Below are positions 18,332 through 27,098 of a stretch of DNA of 64,000 nt, piece by piece. The notes under the pieces are model-generated. The model had not been told where the DNA came from and searched no databases. It was given only the letters and a program-made list of their open reading frames with translations. Each line of letters begins with the position of its first letter. Positions within the stretch are counted from its first letter, which is position 1. The stretch comes from Terriglobia bacterium (GTDB lineage: Bacteria > Acidobacteriota > Terriglobia > UBA7540): the NCBI GenBank assembly GCA_035946735.1, contig DASYYZ010000024.1:13475-77474 (forward strand), given 5' to 3'. Made by a program: the position numbers and the translations under genes.

Positions 18332-18994
18332 ATGGCCCGCAAACCAACCGAGCGCGTCCTTCAGGACGGCTTCCTTCCAAAGCTTCAGAATGGAAAATCG
18401 ATTCAGGAATTCCGGAACCGGCAACCCATTTTCTCCCAGGGGGACGCGGCTGATGCGGTGTTTTACCTTCAAAAGGGCAAAGTCAAAATAACGGTCATAT
18501 CGAAGCAGGGCAAAGAAGCTGTTATCGGCATGGTTGAGCCGGGCCAGTTCTTCGGCGAAAGCAGCTTGGTTGCGGGGCACCCGCTTCGTATGGCGAGCGC
18601 CACCACGATGGGACACTGCACAGTATCTCGCTTTGACAGAGAGACGATCGTGTACCTGCTTCACGAGGACGCCGAATTTGCGGACCGCTTCGTGTCATAT
18701 ACGCTGGCTCGCACCGTTCGAGTGGAAGAAGACCTGGTGGATCAGCTTTTCAATTCGACCGAGAAGCGGCTCGCCCGCGTTCTCCTGCTCCTGGCCAACT
18801 TCGGCCAAGATGGCAAACCTCAGCCGGTGATTCCCAGGATCAGCCAGGAGACTTTGTCGCAGATTGTTGGCGCCAGCCGCCCTCGCGTGAGTTCCTTCAT
18901 GAACAAATTCAGGCAGCTGGGTTTCATCGACTACAACAACGGCGGCGGCTTGCAGGTTAACGGTTCTCTCCTCAGAATGGCTCTGCGGGACTAA
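18332..18994 (+). CDS. Crp/Fnr family transcriptional regulator
   Basis: cNMP-binding fold (IFSQGDAADAVFYLQKGKVKI...GQFFGESSL) plus a C-terminal HTH (SQETLSQIVGASRPRVSSFMNKFRQLGFI). Confidence 0.85.
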   Translation: MARKPTERVLQDGFLPKLQNGKSIQEFRNRQPIFSQGDAADAVFYLQKGKVKITVISKQGKEAVIGMVEPGQFFGESSLVAGHPLRMASATTMGHCTVSRFDRETIVYLLHEDAEFADRFVSYTLARTVRVEEDLVDQLFNSTEKRLARVLLLLANFGQDGKPQPVIPRISQETLSQIVGASRPRVSSFMNKFRQLGFIDYNNGGGLQVNGSLLRMALRD

Positions 18995-19128
18995 CACCAG
19001 CCTCAAGATTTGATTGTAGACCTTCATCTAATCGGCCACGCGGACGCAGACCGAAGGCGTGGTATGAACGGACGTCTGGCTACAGGATGCCGAGCCAAAA
19101 GGGCCGGATGCCAAGCCCAAGTGCTTGT

Positions 19129-19311
19129 TCAGGTCAGGCGCTTCTTCTTGGGCGCCTCGCCGCCGACCGCAACGAAGGTTGCAGAATCGGCCCGAAGCTT
19201 CTTGATGCCGATTCTGCGAAAGAATACCAGCGTCTGGTCCCGGTCGTGATCCATGATCGTGCCCCATCCGTATTTGGAATGGCGCACGTACTGCCCGGTC
19301 TTCAGCGTCAT
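19129..19311 (-). CDS. Small Tudor-like (DUF3553 / UvrD-PcrA C-terminal-like) protein
   Basis: 60 aa with G.YVRHSKYGWGTI......Q.LVFF...G.KKL, resembling the G..V.H..fG.G.V...F..-G.K.L pattern. Confidence 0.5.
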   Translation of the reverse strand: MTLKTGQYVRHSKYGWGTIMDHDRDQTLVFFRRIGIKKLRADSATFVAVGGEAPKKKRLT

Positions 19312-19332
19312 GGGGTAACTCCTCCTTCTCTG

Positions 19333-19647
19333 TTAATCGCGCCCGTAACCGCCGCTTTCCCGGCCGTTACCATTGCGTTTTGCGGAGAAACCGCCCGTAC
19401 GCGCTGGGCGCGCTTCGTTTACCGTCAGCGCCCGGCCTTCGAGCGATTGGCCGTTCAGCCCGGTCACGGCCCGCTGCAGATCTTCATCTTCTGACAGCTC
19501 CACAAAACCGAAACCTCTCGCCGCGCCCGTCAGCTTGTCTTTGATCACCGATGCCGAAGCCACCTTGAAGCCGGCATTGGTGACGAAATCGCTCAGACTG
19601 CTGTCGGTGGCGCTGTGAGGCAGATTTCCTACGTAAAGTTTAGTCAT
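19333..19647 (-). CDS. RRM-type RNA-binding protein
   Basis: RNP motifs MTKLYVGNL (RNP2) and RGFGFVEL (RNP1), with a Gly/Arg tail. GGAGGA lies upstream of the ATG at 19647. The longer track ORF start is rejected. Confidence 0.9.
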   Translation of the reverse strand: MTKLYVGNLPHSATDSSLSDFVTNAGFKVASASVIKDKLTGAARGFGFVELSEDEDLQRAVTGLNGQSLEGRALTVNEARPARTGGFSAKRNGNGRESGGYGRD

Positions 19648-19792
19648 TGAATCCTCCAAAGTTGGGTCGGCCTCTTGCGAGCCGCCCGGGTTAGCTACGG
19701 TTACAGTTTGAGCCGCCGGCGCCCTCAAGTGAGCAAGTGCAACGCGGCAGCGTGCACGAAGACGATTCCTGAAATATGGACGTGCTACCCGG

Positions 19793-20599
19793 CTAGGGAC
19801 GAAAGGCAGCCTGGTTCTCCAGCTTAGTCTTCGCCCTCGCATCGCGCTCGTCGTCATCCTGCTGCTTCAGGCGCGCAATCTCTTTTTGAGGAGCCTCGCG
19901 CTCCTCAATGCGGGTGGCGTCGGCGGCCGCAGTTCGGGCCTTCGAATTCAGCTCCTTCGAAAGAAGCAGCATTGCGAAACTGGCGTCGCCGGAGGAACGC
20001 ACCAGGCTGACGGAGTACTGTGGGGTCTCCCAGCGCGCGATGAGTCTGTCGCTGGCGGCCTCGGCGAGAGACAACGCGACCAGCGTCGTCTTCCCGGCCG
20101 GTCGCGCTGCCGTGCCGTAGGTGGCCGAGATCACCTTGATGAGGTCCGGTTCGCTCAAGCCCTCAGTCCTCTCCGGGGCGTAATTGACCACCATGCGAAA
20201 GAGCTCGCTGTTGTAAAAGCTGAAGACGATGCTCTCCACCGGGTCCGCGGCAGACGAAGAATCGAGCGCGGGCGGGAGGCGCCAGTTCATCTCCTGAATC
20301 AGTGCCGGACGCTCATGGACGACGGTGATCTCCGACGATCCCGTATCGGTCTGTTTCGCGACCGCGGCCAGAGGCGTCCCAAAGCTAAACTCCCGGTACC
20401 GGGAAAGGTCTGGTGTTTGAGCTGACGGAGCGATCAAATCCGCCGGGAATGAAAGGCTGGCGAGCGAAGGCCGGGGTCGGAGTGCCAATTCTTGAATCAC
20501 TGCAGGCCCGGACGGCTTTGCATCTTGAGCACAAGCCCAAGGCGCCAGCGATAGGGCGGCACCAACAACTGAAACCAAGACACTGCGGGCATTAATCAT
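19793..20599 (-). CDS. Secreted hypothetical protein
   Basis: GGAGGAG SD. Signal peptide MINARSVLVSVVGAALSLAPWACAQD. Confidence 0.65.
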   Translation of the reverse strand: MINARSVLVSVVGAALSLAPWACAQDAKPSGPAVIQELALRPRPSLASLSFPADLIAPSAQTPDLSRYREFSFGTPLAAVAKQTDTGSSEITVVHERPALIQEMNWRLPPALDSSSAADPVESIVFSFYNSELFRMVVNYAPERTEGLSEPDLIKVISATYGTAARPAGKTTLVALSLAEAASDRLIARWETPQYSVSLVRSSGDASFAMLLLSKELNSKARTAAADATRIEEREAPQKEIARLKQQDDDERDARAKTKLENQAAFRP

Positions 20600-20653
20600 T
20601 GAAATCTCCTCCTATGGGAGTTGACGCTCCGGCGGTTCAGGCGCGTTCGACCC

Positions 20654-20992
20654 CTACCGGTCCAGTGAAGCATCCGGAACACCGAGGCTTTCGCCTCTTC
20701 CTCTTCCCGGCTTTTTGGTCGAACGATGGGCTTCCAGGTACGCCCGGACGTCCTGGTCAGTGATATTGAGGTGGGCTTCCGCTCGAACGGCTTGGGTTTC
20801 TTCGAGCAGTCCCTTCTTCAGACGCATGAAGCAGATGTCCGGCCCATCCTGGAATCTCAACCCGGACGGTGCAAACGCCTCCGCCTGAATTTTCACGGTG
20901 AATTCGCGGGGTTCGCGGGGCGCGTCGATTAAGTGAAAACCATAGAGCCGAGAACCCGCCGTGCCATCGAAGCCTACGTATTGAATATACAT
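20654..20992 (-). CDS. Hypothetical protein
   Basis: An internal ATG at 20992 is preceded by GAGAGGAAAGG. No family recognised. Confidence 0.5.
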   Translation of the reverse strand: MYIQYVGFDGTAGSRLYGFHLIDAPREPREFTVKIQAEAFAPSGLRFQDGPDICFMRLKKGLLEETQAVRAEAHLNITDQDVRAYLEAHRSTKKPGRGRGESLGVPDASLDR

Positions 20993-21165
20993 GGCAGAAT
21001 CCTTTCCTCTCAGGCTTGGGACGACGCCGGCAACGCCGCCACCGCAAGCAACTTCATAATTTTCGGAAATCATTGCTACCACCATCTCCCTGTTGGGTCT
21101 TTTGACCCCTTCGCGGGCTGCCCGAAAGGCCTGAAAGCCCGGGAACAGTCAATGCTCTGTCAGAC

Positions 21166-21486
21166 TTAGGCGGCTGCCTGGCGCACGATCTTGTGGAAGG
21201 TCGAGTTGGAGACCTGGTGGTTTTGAACCTGCGGGCTGCCCTCGATGACGTTTGCCAAGGCCCGGAGCGTTTCCCCGTACCCACGCCGGCTGTAACTTTC
21301 GGCGTCCTCGCGGCGATCCCACAAAGTGATCGAAACCGCTTCCGTTCCGTTCGGGGCGATGAACGCAATTTCGTCTTGGAAGCCTTCTTGCCTTCGAAGC
21401 ATGGGGATGATCTTCTCATCGATTGTTTGCGTGAACTCCTCAACACACTTGGACTTGAGATGCAGGTAGACAGTTCGAGCGAACAT
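21166..21486 (-). CDS. Small ABM/Dabb-like (ferredoxin-fold monooxygenase-like) protein, paralog of 41485..41805
   Basis: 106 aa. ...GF.DEIAF...NGTEAVSITLWD..EDA..Y.... matches an ABM-type beta-alpha-beta pattern. AAGGAGG SD. Confidence 0.7.
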   Translation of the reverse strand: MFARTVYLHLKSKCVEEFTQTIDEKIIPMLRRQEGFQDEIAFIAPNGTEAVSITLWDRREDAESYSRRGYGETLRALANVIEGSPQVQNHQVSNSTFHKIVRQAAA

Positions 21487-21584
21487 GGCAACCTCCTTGG
21501 TTGTCTCTAAGAGGCGCGATTCAGATAACCCGACTTAGTTCAGGAGATCCGCAAAGGCGGGGCTAGGGCTCCGTCTGCCTAACC

Positions 21585-21613
21585 AGCATAAGTAAATTAA
21601 CTGGACATGTCAA
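21585..21613 (-). promoter_or_regulatory. Candidate sigma70-type promoter for the ABM-like gene
   Basis: On the minus strand: TTGACA, 17 nt spacer, TATGCT. The TTGACA and flanking GTTAAT are conserved upstream of the paralog (near 41929-41934). Confidence 0.35.
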
Positions 21614-21670
21614 GTTAAATCTGGAAAAATCATTGTGTACTTAATCAAATCGAGTTAACCCGGAAAAACC

Positions 21671-22579
21671 ATGGATTTCGCCTCGATGATCAAACACCGG
21701 CTGGAAGTCCTCGGTTTGGAGCAACGCGAGTTGGCCCGCGCCGCCGAGGTCACGGAATCCTATATCTCGCAGTTGCTGACTCGAAAGAAGGCGCCCCCGG
21801 CTCCGGGCCGAACCGACATTTACGACAAAATGAGCAGGTTCCTGAAGCTCCCCAATCGCGAGTTGGCACAGCTGGCAGAGTCTGAGCAGCAGGCGGAACT
21901 GAGAAAAAATCTGGCGGACCCGCCCGCGCCCCTGTTTGCGGGAGTGCGAGAGCTTGTTCTCCGTAAATGCAAGCCGCTCAGGCAGAAGGAGATCCGAGCG
22001 ATCTTCGAAAAGCAGCCCTTCGGGGAGTTGGAGCGAGTGGTGACCGGGAAGCTCCTCGAGGTGACCAAGAGAGTGGCTAAGGAGGAGTTGGAGAGTGAGA
22101 ACTGGCTGCATCTGGTGGCCAGACTCAGCAATCGAAGCTACGAAGAAATGCGCGTGGCTATTCTCGAGTTCCTGGACACGGACATCTTTGACATCTCTGT
22201 TGCCAACTGCCTCTCGTTCTTGGACCCGCTGATCGAATCCTGGGACATTGACCTCAGAACTTTCGGCATGGAGATCGTACTGAACCGGAGAGTGGCTCCG
22301 GGTCGGCCGAGAAGGTTTGAGTACGTCGAACGGGAATCCGATCGGCCTGCTGAAGACGAACCGGGCCTCAAACAGTTTCTTCGTAATACTTCCCTCAGCG
22401 GCGATGCCACGGACGAGGAAATCGCATTTCTCAAAGCGTTGAGGTTCAAAGACAAACGACCCACCGCCCTCTACTACTACCGCGAACTGCAGAATTTGAG
22501 AGACCCCGTCCACTTTCGACGCCCGCCTGCCCGTACCCCCGCCGCCGGGAAGGGATCCACACGCAGGAACCTGCCGTAG
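21671..22579 (+). CDS. XRE-type HTH domain protein with an unknown ~230-aa C-terminal region
   Basis: N-terminus IKHRLEVLGLEQRELARAAEVTESYISQLLTRKK is an XRE/Cro-like HTH. The last ~18 codons and the stop lie inside a dispersed repeat. Confidence 0.7.
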   Translation: MDFASMIKHRLEVLGLEQRELARAAEVTESYISQLLTRKKAPPAPGRTDIYDKMSRFLKLPNRELAQLAESEQQAELRKNLADPPAPLFAGVRELVLRKCKPLRQKEIRAIFEKQPFGELERVVTGKLLEVTKRVAKEELESENWLHLVARLSNRSYEEMRVAILEFLDTDIFDISVANCLSFLDPLIESWDIDLRTFGMEIVLNRRVAPGRPRRFEYVERESDRPAEDEPGLKQFLRNTSLSGDATDEEIAFLKALRFKDKRPTALYYYRELQNLRDPVHFRRPPARTPAAGKGSTRRNLP

Positions 22580-22613
22580 CAGCGCTCGCAGTCTGCCCCG
22601 ACAGGGACGCGGC
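22520..22613. repeat. Dispersed ~95-bp repeat, copy A
   Basis: CGCCCGCCTGCCCGTACCCCCGCCGCCGG.AAG.GATCC.CACGCAGGAACCTGCCGTAGC... recurs at 33326..33420 with few mismatches. Confidence 0.5.
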
Positions 22614-22906
22614 TGAAACTCGCTTTCTCCGATTCGGCGCCACAAAGGTTTCCAAGGTCGATAACATGACCCGCTTCGGCATTGACGCTGGGCGCCCGGT
22701 GTGATAAACACGTTGCCGGTTGAGGTAGCGTCACCCAAACCTGTCCTAAGGGGGGACTGATGTCACGCCGGCTCGGAGCGCTTTTTTGGCTGTGCTCGTG
22801 GTCCACCCAGCCTCCAACTTCAACGAAAGTCGCGTGATGATTGCGACGGTGGCGAGAGTGAAGATTCAGGCATCCCAATCATTCTGTCCCACAAGAGGAG
22901 GTCGCG

Positions 22907-23104
22907 ATGTCGCTAAACAGCTTTCGCCCTCGTAAGTTTGAGGACTTCGAGATCGTAGACGATGAGAGCAGGGTCGTGGGCCACATTCGAGTAAAACCCA
23001 GCGGTGTGCTGTGGGCTCCTTCCAGCGCGAAAGCGTGGTATGGCGTTTCACTCAAAGAGTTCGCGGAATACATGGAGCAGCACGGCAAGAAGCAAGGCAA
23101 GTAA
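22907..23104 (+). CDS. Small hypothetical protein (65 aa)
   Basis: AAGAGGAGG SD 7 nt before the ATG. It lies about 100 nt (103 nt) upstream of, and on the same strand as, the helicase gene. Confidence 0.5.
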   Translation: MSLNSFRPRKFEDFEIVDDESRVVGHIRVKPSGVLWAPSSAKAWYGVSLKEFAEYMEQHGKKQGK

Positions 23105-23207
23105 CCCCAGACCAGACGCTGGCCCGAGGCTACTCGCTTGATGGGAGTCGGTGTGGAACGAACGGGATCGTTTGCCGCCTTGGCTGGGTTTAGTCGGAGG
23201 AGTCACC

Positions 23208-25118
23208 GTGCCTTTTGCGCCCACACCGGAGCAGCAAACCATTCTTGCCCACGACCTTGGTCGCCACGCCAGGGTGCTTGCCGGTCCGGGGACCGGAAAG
23301 AGCGCCACCTTAGTTGCGCTCGTCACTCAGCTATTGGAAGGAAGGCCGAGGCCGAGGATTAGGCTGCTCACTTTCACGCGCGCGGCCACCAGCGAACTGG
23401 CCCAAAAAGTCTCGGAGCACCCGGCAGCAGCCGCGGAGCGGCCGAGTACGATTCACTCCTTTGCCATCTCCGCACTGCTCCAGAATCCAGGTTCCGCTGA
23501 CTTCCCTGGGCCGCTGCGAATCGCTGACAAATGGGAGTACAAGAACATCGTTCGACCTACGCTCGCCAGACTCGTCGGCGTCGGAGTAACTGATCTCGAC
23601 GAACTCGTCACTGAAATGGCCGCGAATTGGCAATCACTTCGGAATGACGAGCGCCCCGACATTGACCCTGAGACCCGAGCCCGCTTTCTAGGGGCTTGGC
23701 AAGAGCACCGTGGAATCTACGGCTACACTCTGCTTGACGAGCTTCCCTATCGATTTAGGAGTGCTCTGCGGGATCACCCGAATCTCGAAGGAATTGACTA
23801 CGACCTTCTCATCATTGACGAGTATCAAGATCTAAATGCTTGCGACCTGGAACTTCTTAAGTTCATTGCTGCACGCGGTTGCTCGCTGATCGCTGCTGGC
23901 GATGACGATCAGTCAATCTACTCGTTCCGAAAAGCCGCGCCCGACGGGATTCGCAATTTCCCAGACCGATACCCAGAATCTGACGACTACCCACTCTCGG
24001 TTACTCAGCGCTGTGGCCGCAGGATCATTCATTGGGCAGCCCATGTCATTGAGGGTGATCCCGGCAGACCCGCCCGGCCGCGCCTTAGGGTGGCTCCTGC
24101 CTCTCCTGACGGCGAGGCCGCTCTACTCGCCTTCGACAACGACGCTCACGAGGCTTGGGGAGTTGCGGCACTAATCGACAAGTTGGTTAGCCGCGAGCAC
24201 GTCGAGCCGGCTGACATCCTCGTTTTGCTCCGCACTGACCACAATGGGCAGTTTAGCCGGCCGATCAAGGAGCATTTACAGAGAAAGGGTATTTCTTTCT
24301 TCGACCCCGACGTGATCGAAAGAATTCTGGCTGATCGGTCCAACAGGTTCCTCCTTGAGGTCTGTCGTCTCCTTATTCACCCTATCGATTCAATTTCATG
24401 GGCTGCGCTACTTCTCTTGACACCACGAATCGGGGACGCTTTCCTCGACTACGTTTATGGCCGAGGACGACGTGATGGCAGCCGATTTGGAGCTACGTTG
24501 CTTGCCCTAAACAACGAAGGTTTTCCTGACGGTCCGCGAGGGTCCACAACGGCCGCTCGTGACCTGATAGCGAGGATGCAGCCTTGGCTGAACGAGCACG
24601 AACCTCCCGAGAATGTGCCCGATGGCCGCTGGGGACGGTGGATAACAGACAGCTTGGGCCAAGGAGATGATATGGTCCCTGCCCCTACCCCGGATCTCGT
24701 TCACCTCCTTAGTCAGCTCGACGAGCACGCTGAAGAGGGCGAGGGATTAGACCGTTATCTCTCCCAGATTGGACCCCTCGGCAAGGACCTTGCCCTCGCC
24801 CAGCGAGAGGGCGTCCGGATCATGAGCATGGCGGGTTCTAAAGGCTTAACGGTTCGCGCCACCATCGTAGCGGCGGTGGAGGACGGGTTAATTCCAAGGC
24901 CCGACCAGGATCTTGCCGAGGAACGGCGCTTGCTCTACGTTGCGATGACAAGGGCTCGGGAATTTCTTTTTTGCACTTGGGCTCGCGTTCGACGAGGTCC
25001 TACCGCCCGAGCGGGGGAGGCGCAAGTCAATCGCCTAAGACGGCATTCTCCTTTTCTAGATGGCGGCCCTATCGAATCCGAGGATGGGCGACGATATATT
25101 GAAGCTCGCTGGCCGTAA
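23208..25118 (+). CDS. UvrD/Rep-family (SF1) helicase
   Basis: Motifs LAGPGTGKSATL (Walker A), TFTRAAT, TIHSFA, IIDEYQDLN, AGDDDQSIYSFR, SVTQRCG, MAGSKGLT, LLYVAMTRARE. GGAGGA lies 6 nt before the GTG at 23208; the track start at 23151 is also possible. Confidence 0.85.
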   Translation: MPFAPTPEQQTILAHDLGRHARVLAGPGTGKSATLVALVTQLLEGRPRPRIRLLTFTRAATSELAQKVSEHPAAAAERPSTIHSFAISALLQNPGSADFPGPLRIADKWEYKNIVRPTLARLVGVGVTDLDELVTEMAANWQSLRNDERPDIDPETRARFLGAWQEHRGIYGYTLLDELPYRFRSALRDHPNLEGIDYDLLIIDEYQDLNACDLELLKFIAARGCSLIAAGDDDQSIYSFRKAAPDGIRNFPDRYPESDDYPLSVTQRCGRRIIHWAAHVIEGDPGRPARPRLRVAPASPDGEAALLAFDNDAHEAWGVAALIDKLVSREHVEPADILVLLRTDHNGQFSRPIKEHLQRKGISFFDPDVIERILADRSNRFLLEVCRLLIHPIDSISWAALLLLTPRIGDAFLDYVYGRGRRDGSRFGATLLALNNEGFPDGPRGSTTAARDLIARMQPWLNEHEPPENVPDGRWGRWITDSLGQGDDMVPAPTPDLVHLLSQLDEHAEEGEGLDRYLSQIGPLGKDLALAQREGVRIMSMAGSKGLTVRATIVAAVEDGLIPRPDQDLAEERRLLYVAMTRAREFLFCTWARVRRGPTARAGEAQVNRLRRHSPFLDGGPIESEDGRRYIEARWP

Positions 25119-25227
25119 GCGAGTAGCTACGGTCGGCGCGTCCTGACCGCGCGGGCTCTTGCGCCCGTCGGAAAGGCCCACGGAGGGGTGGCGTAGACGG
25201 TGAACTCAATACCCCGAGGGTCAAGTC

Positions 25228-26931
25228 GTGACGGACGGTACATTGAGGGCCGGCAAAGCCTGCCCTGAAGCTCTGGAGGAAATGGCTGAGCGGAGGACGC
25301 TGGCGGCCGGCGGAGGCCATTCCAGGTTTAGAGCCGCCTACTTCGTGGTCGCGATGCTGTTGGTGCTGGGGCGCGCCCTGCCCGTGCTCAGCAACTTTCC
25401 GGGGCGCGACCAGGGTACGTATCTCACCATTGGCCGGAGCCTGCTTCAGGGCCGCGTCCTTTACCGCGACCTTTGGGAGAACAAGCCGCCCGGCATCTTT
25501 TATATCTACGGGCTAATCGGCAAGGCTTTTGGCACGCGCCTGTGGTGCGTGGCCGCCGTGGATTTGGCGCTACTCCTGGTGGTGTCCTGGTGCATCTTCC
25601 ACTTCGCGGAGCGATACCTGGGGCCGGCGGGAGCAGCCGTGGCCGTAATCGTACACGGCGTGTGGCATGTCGAAGCGGGCTACATCTTCACCGCTCAGCC
25701 TGAGTTTTTCCAGCTTCCGCTGATTTTCGGCGCCTATTTCTCGGTGGCCGGTGCTAGCCTCCGAGGGCAATCGAGACTCCGGGCCAGGCACCTTGCCGCC
25801 GGCATGCTGCTGGGGACTGCATTCTGGCTCAAGTATAACGCGGTCGTATTTCTGCCCTGGTTGTTGGTTCCATATCTCGACGGTAGGGCCCTCAACGACC
25901 ATCCCTCACGCCTTGGTCTTACCGTGGGTCTCGGCGACCTGTTGGAGCGGATGGCCTGGATCATACTGGGATTTGGGTCACTCGTTCTCGGCGTGATCGC
26001 TTACTTCGGGCTGGAAGGAGCGCTTCCAGCGCTTCGCGAGGTGCAATTTCAGGTGCTGCCTCGCTACGCGGCCATGGCTGTAGAAGCCCGGCCCCTGCCG
26101 CTCGGGCAGTGGATCGCCGTGCGCTCCGAGATTTGCTTGGGTGCGGCCACCCTCGTGGCTACGGCGGTAGCGTTAGTGGTAGCGAGGTGGCGGCGCGATC
26201 TTGCCCGCACCGCGCCGCTCTTCACCGGAGCGGCCGCAGCCTACGCCGCTACTGCCATCCAGATGCGTTTCCACGGCTATTACTTCGCCACTTGTTACCC
26301 GTTCTTCGCCTTAATATGGGCCTACTTGGCCCTGACCCTCTGGGAATTGTGCCGCGGCGCTGCTCACGCTTGCGCCTGCCGGTATTGGAGGCTCGGCCAG
26401 GTCCTGGTCTGGCTGTTGTTCGCGAGTATCCTTTGCTGGCCGGTGCTGGCAGACTCCGGAAGGACCCAGGTGGACTACGAGAATCTTCGCGAGTGGCGGT
26501 CCGATCCGGAGAACTTCTACCGTCACCACCATTGGATGTATCTTGAGCACATAGACGGCCAGCTCCAAGTGATTCACTACCTGAAGGCAAATGCAGCGCC
26601 CGCAGACCAAATCTTCCTCTGGGGCGGACACACGCTCATTTGTTATCTTGCCGAGCGCCCTTGCGTCACGCGCTTCGTTTCGAATCTGGGGCTGATGTCG
26701 CTCTGGGCTCCGCAGGCTTGGCGTGACGAGGCGGCCCGGCAACTCCGCGTCCAGCACCCCACGTGGATTGTGGTGGCGCGCGCAGATGCGCTTCCGAGCA
26801 TCACCTTTTTGACTCTTTCCTCGGACCGGTATCTCGCCAAGAGATATCCCGATCTCGCCACTCTCGTCAGGGAGGAATACACTCCAGTGGCGGACTTCTC
26901 GACCTTTGTGGTGTACCGGCACATTCGCTGA
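25228..26931 (+). CDS. Polytopic membrane glycosyltransferase, GT39/ArnT-like
   Basis: GRDQGTYLTIGRSLLQGRVLYRDLWENKPPGIFYIY loop motif and more than 10 predicted TM helices. Start uncertain. Confidence 0.7.
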   Translation: MTDGTLRAGKACPEALEEMAERRTLAAGGGHSRFRAAYFVVAMLLVLGRALPVLSNFPGRDQGTYLTIGRSLLQGRVLYRDLWENKPPGIFYIYGLIGKAFGTRLWCVAAVDLALLLVVSWCIFHFAERYLGPAGAAVAVIVHGVWHVEAGYIFTAQPEFFQLPLIFGAYFSVAGASLRGQSRLRARHLAAGMLLGTAFWLKYNAVVFLPWLLVPYLDGRALNDHPSRLGLTVGLGDLLERMAWIILGFGSLVLGVIAYFGLEGALPALREVQFQVLPRYAAMAVEARPLPLGQWIAVRSEICLGAATLVATAVALVVARWRRDLARTAPLFTGAAAAYAATAIQMRFHGYYFATCYPFFALIWAYLALTLWELCRGAAHACACRYWRLGQVLVWLLFASILCWPVLADSGRTQVDYENLREWRSDPENFYRHHHWMYLEHIDGQLQVIHYLKANAAPADQIFLWGGHTLICYLAERPCVTRFVSNLGLMSLWAPQAWRDEAARQLRVQHPTWIVVARADALPSITFLTLSSDRYLAKRYPDLATLVREEYTPVADFSTFVVYRHIR

Positions 26932-27098
26932 CTGGAAAAAGCTGCCGCAAACCGCTGCGAGGGTCATGCACGCGGCAAACAGATCACCGTCAGCCGCCCG
27001 AACTGCGGCGCTCCCAGCGTCAGCACAGTCGCTATCTTTCACCAAAAGAGCCTCGGCGTGGCCCAGGGCCACGCCGAGGCTGAGGCGGACCTGGGGGC

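Noticed and set aside
21641-22738. 365-aa minus-strand ORF over the XRE-like gene
   Set aside because: It has no SD or recognisable domain and its composition is shadow-like. The plus-strand ORF has a bona fide HTH.
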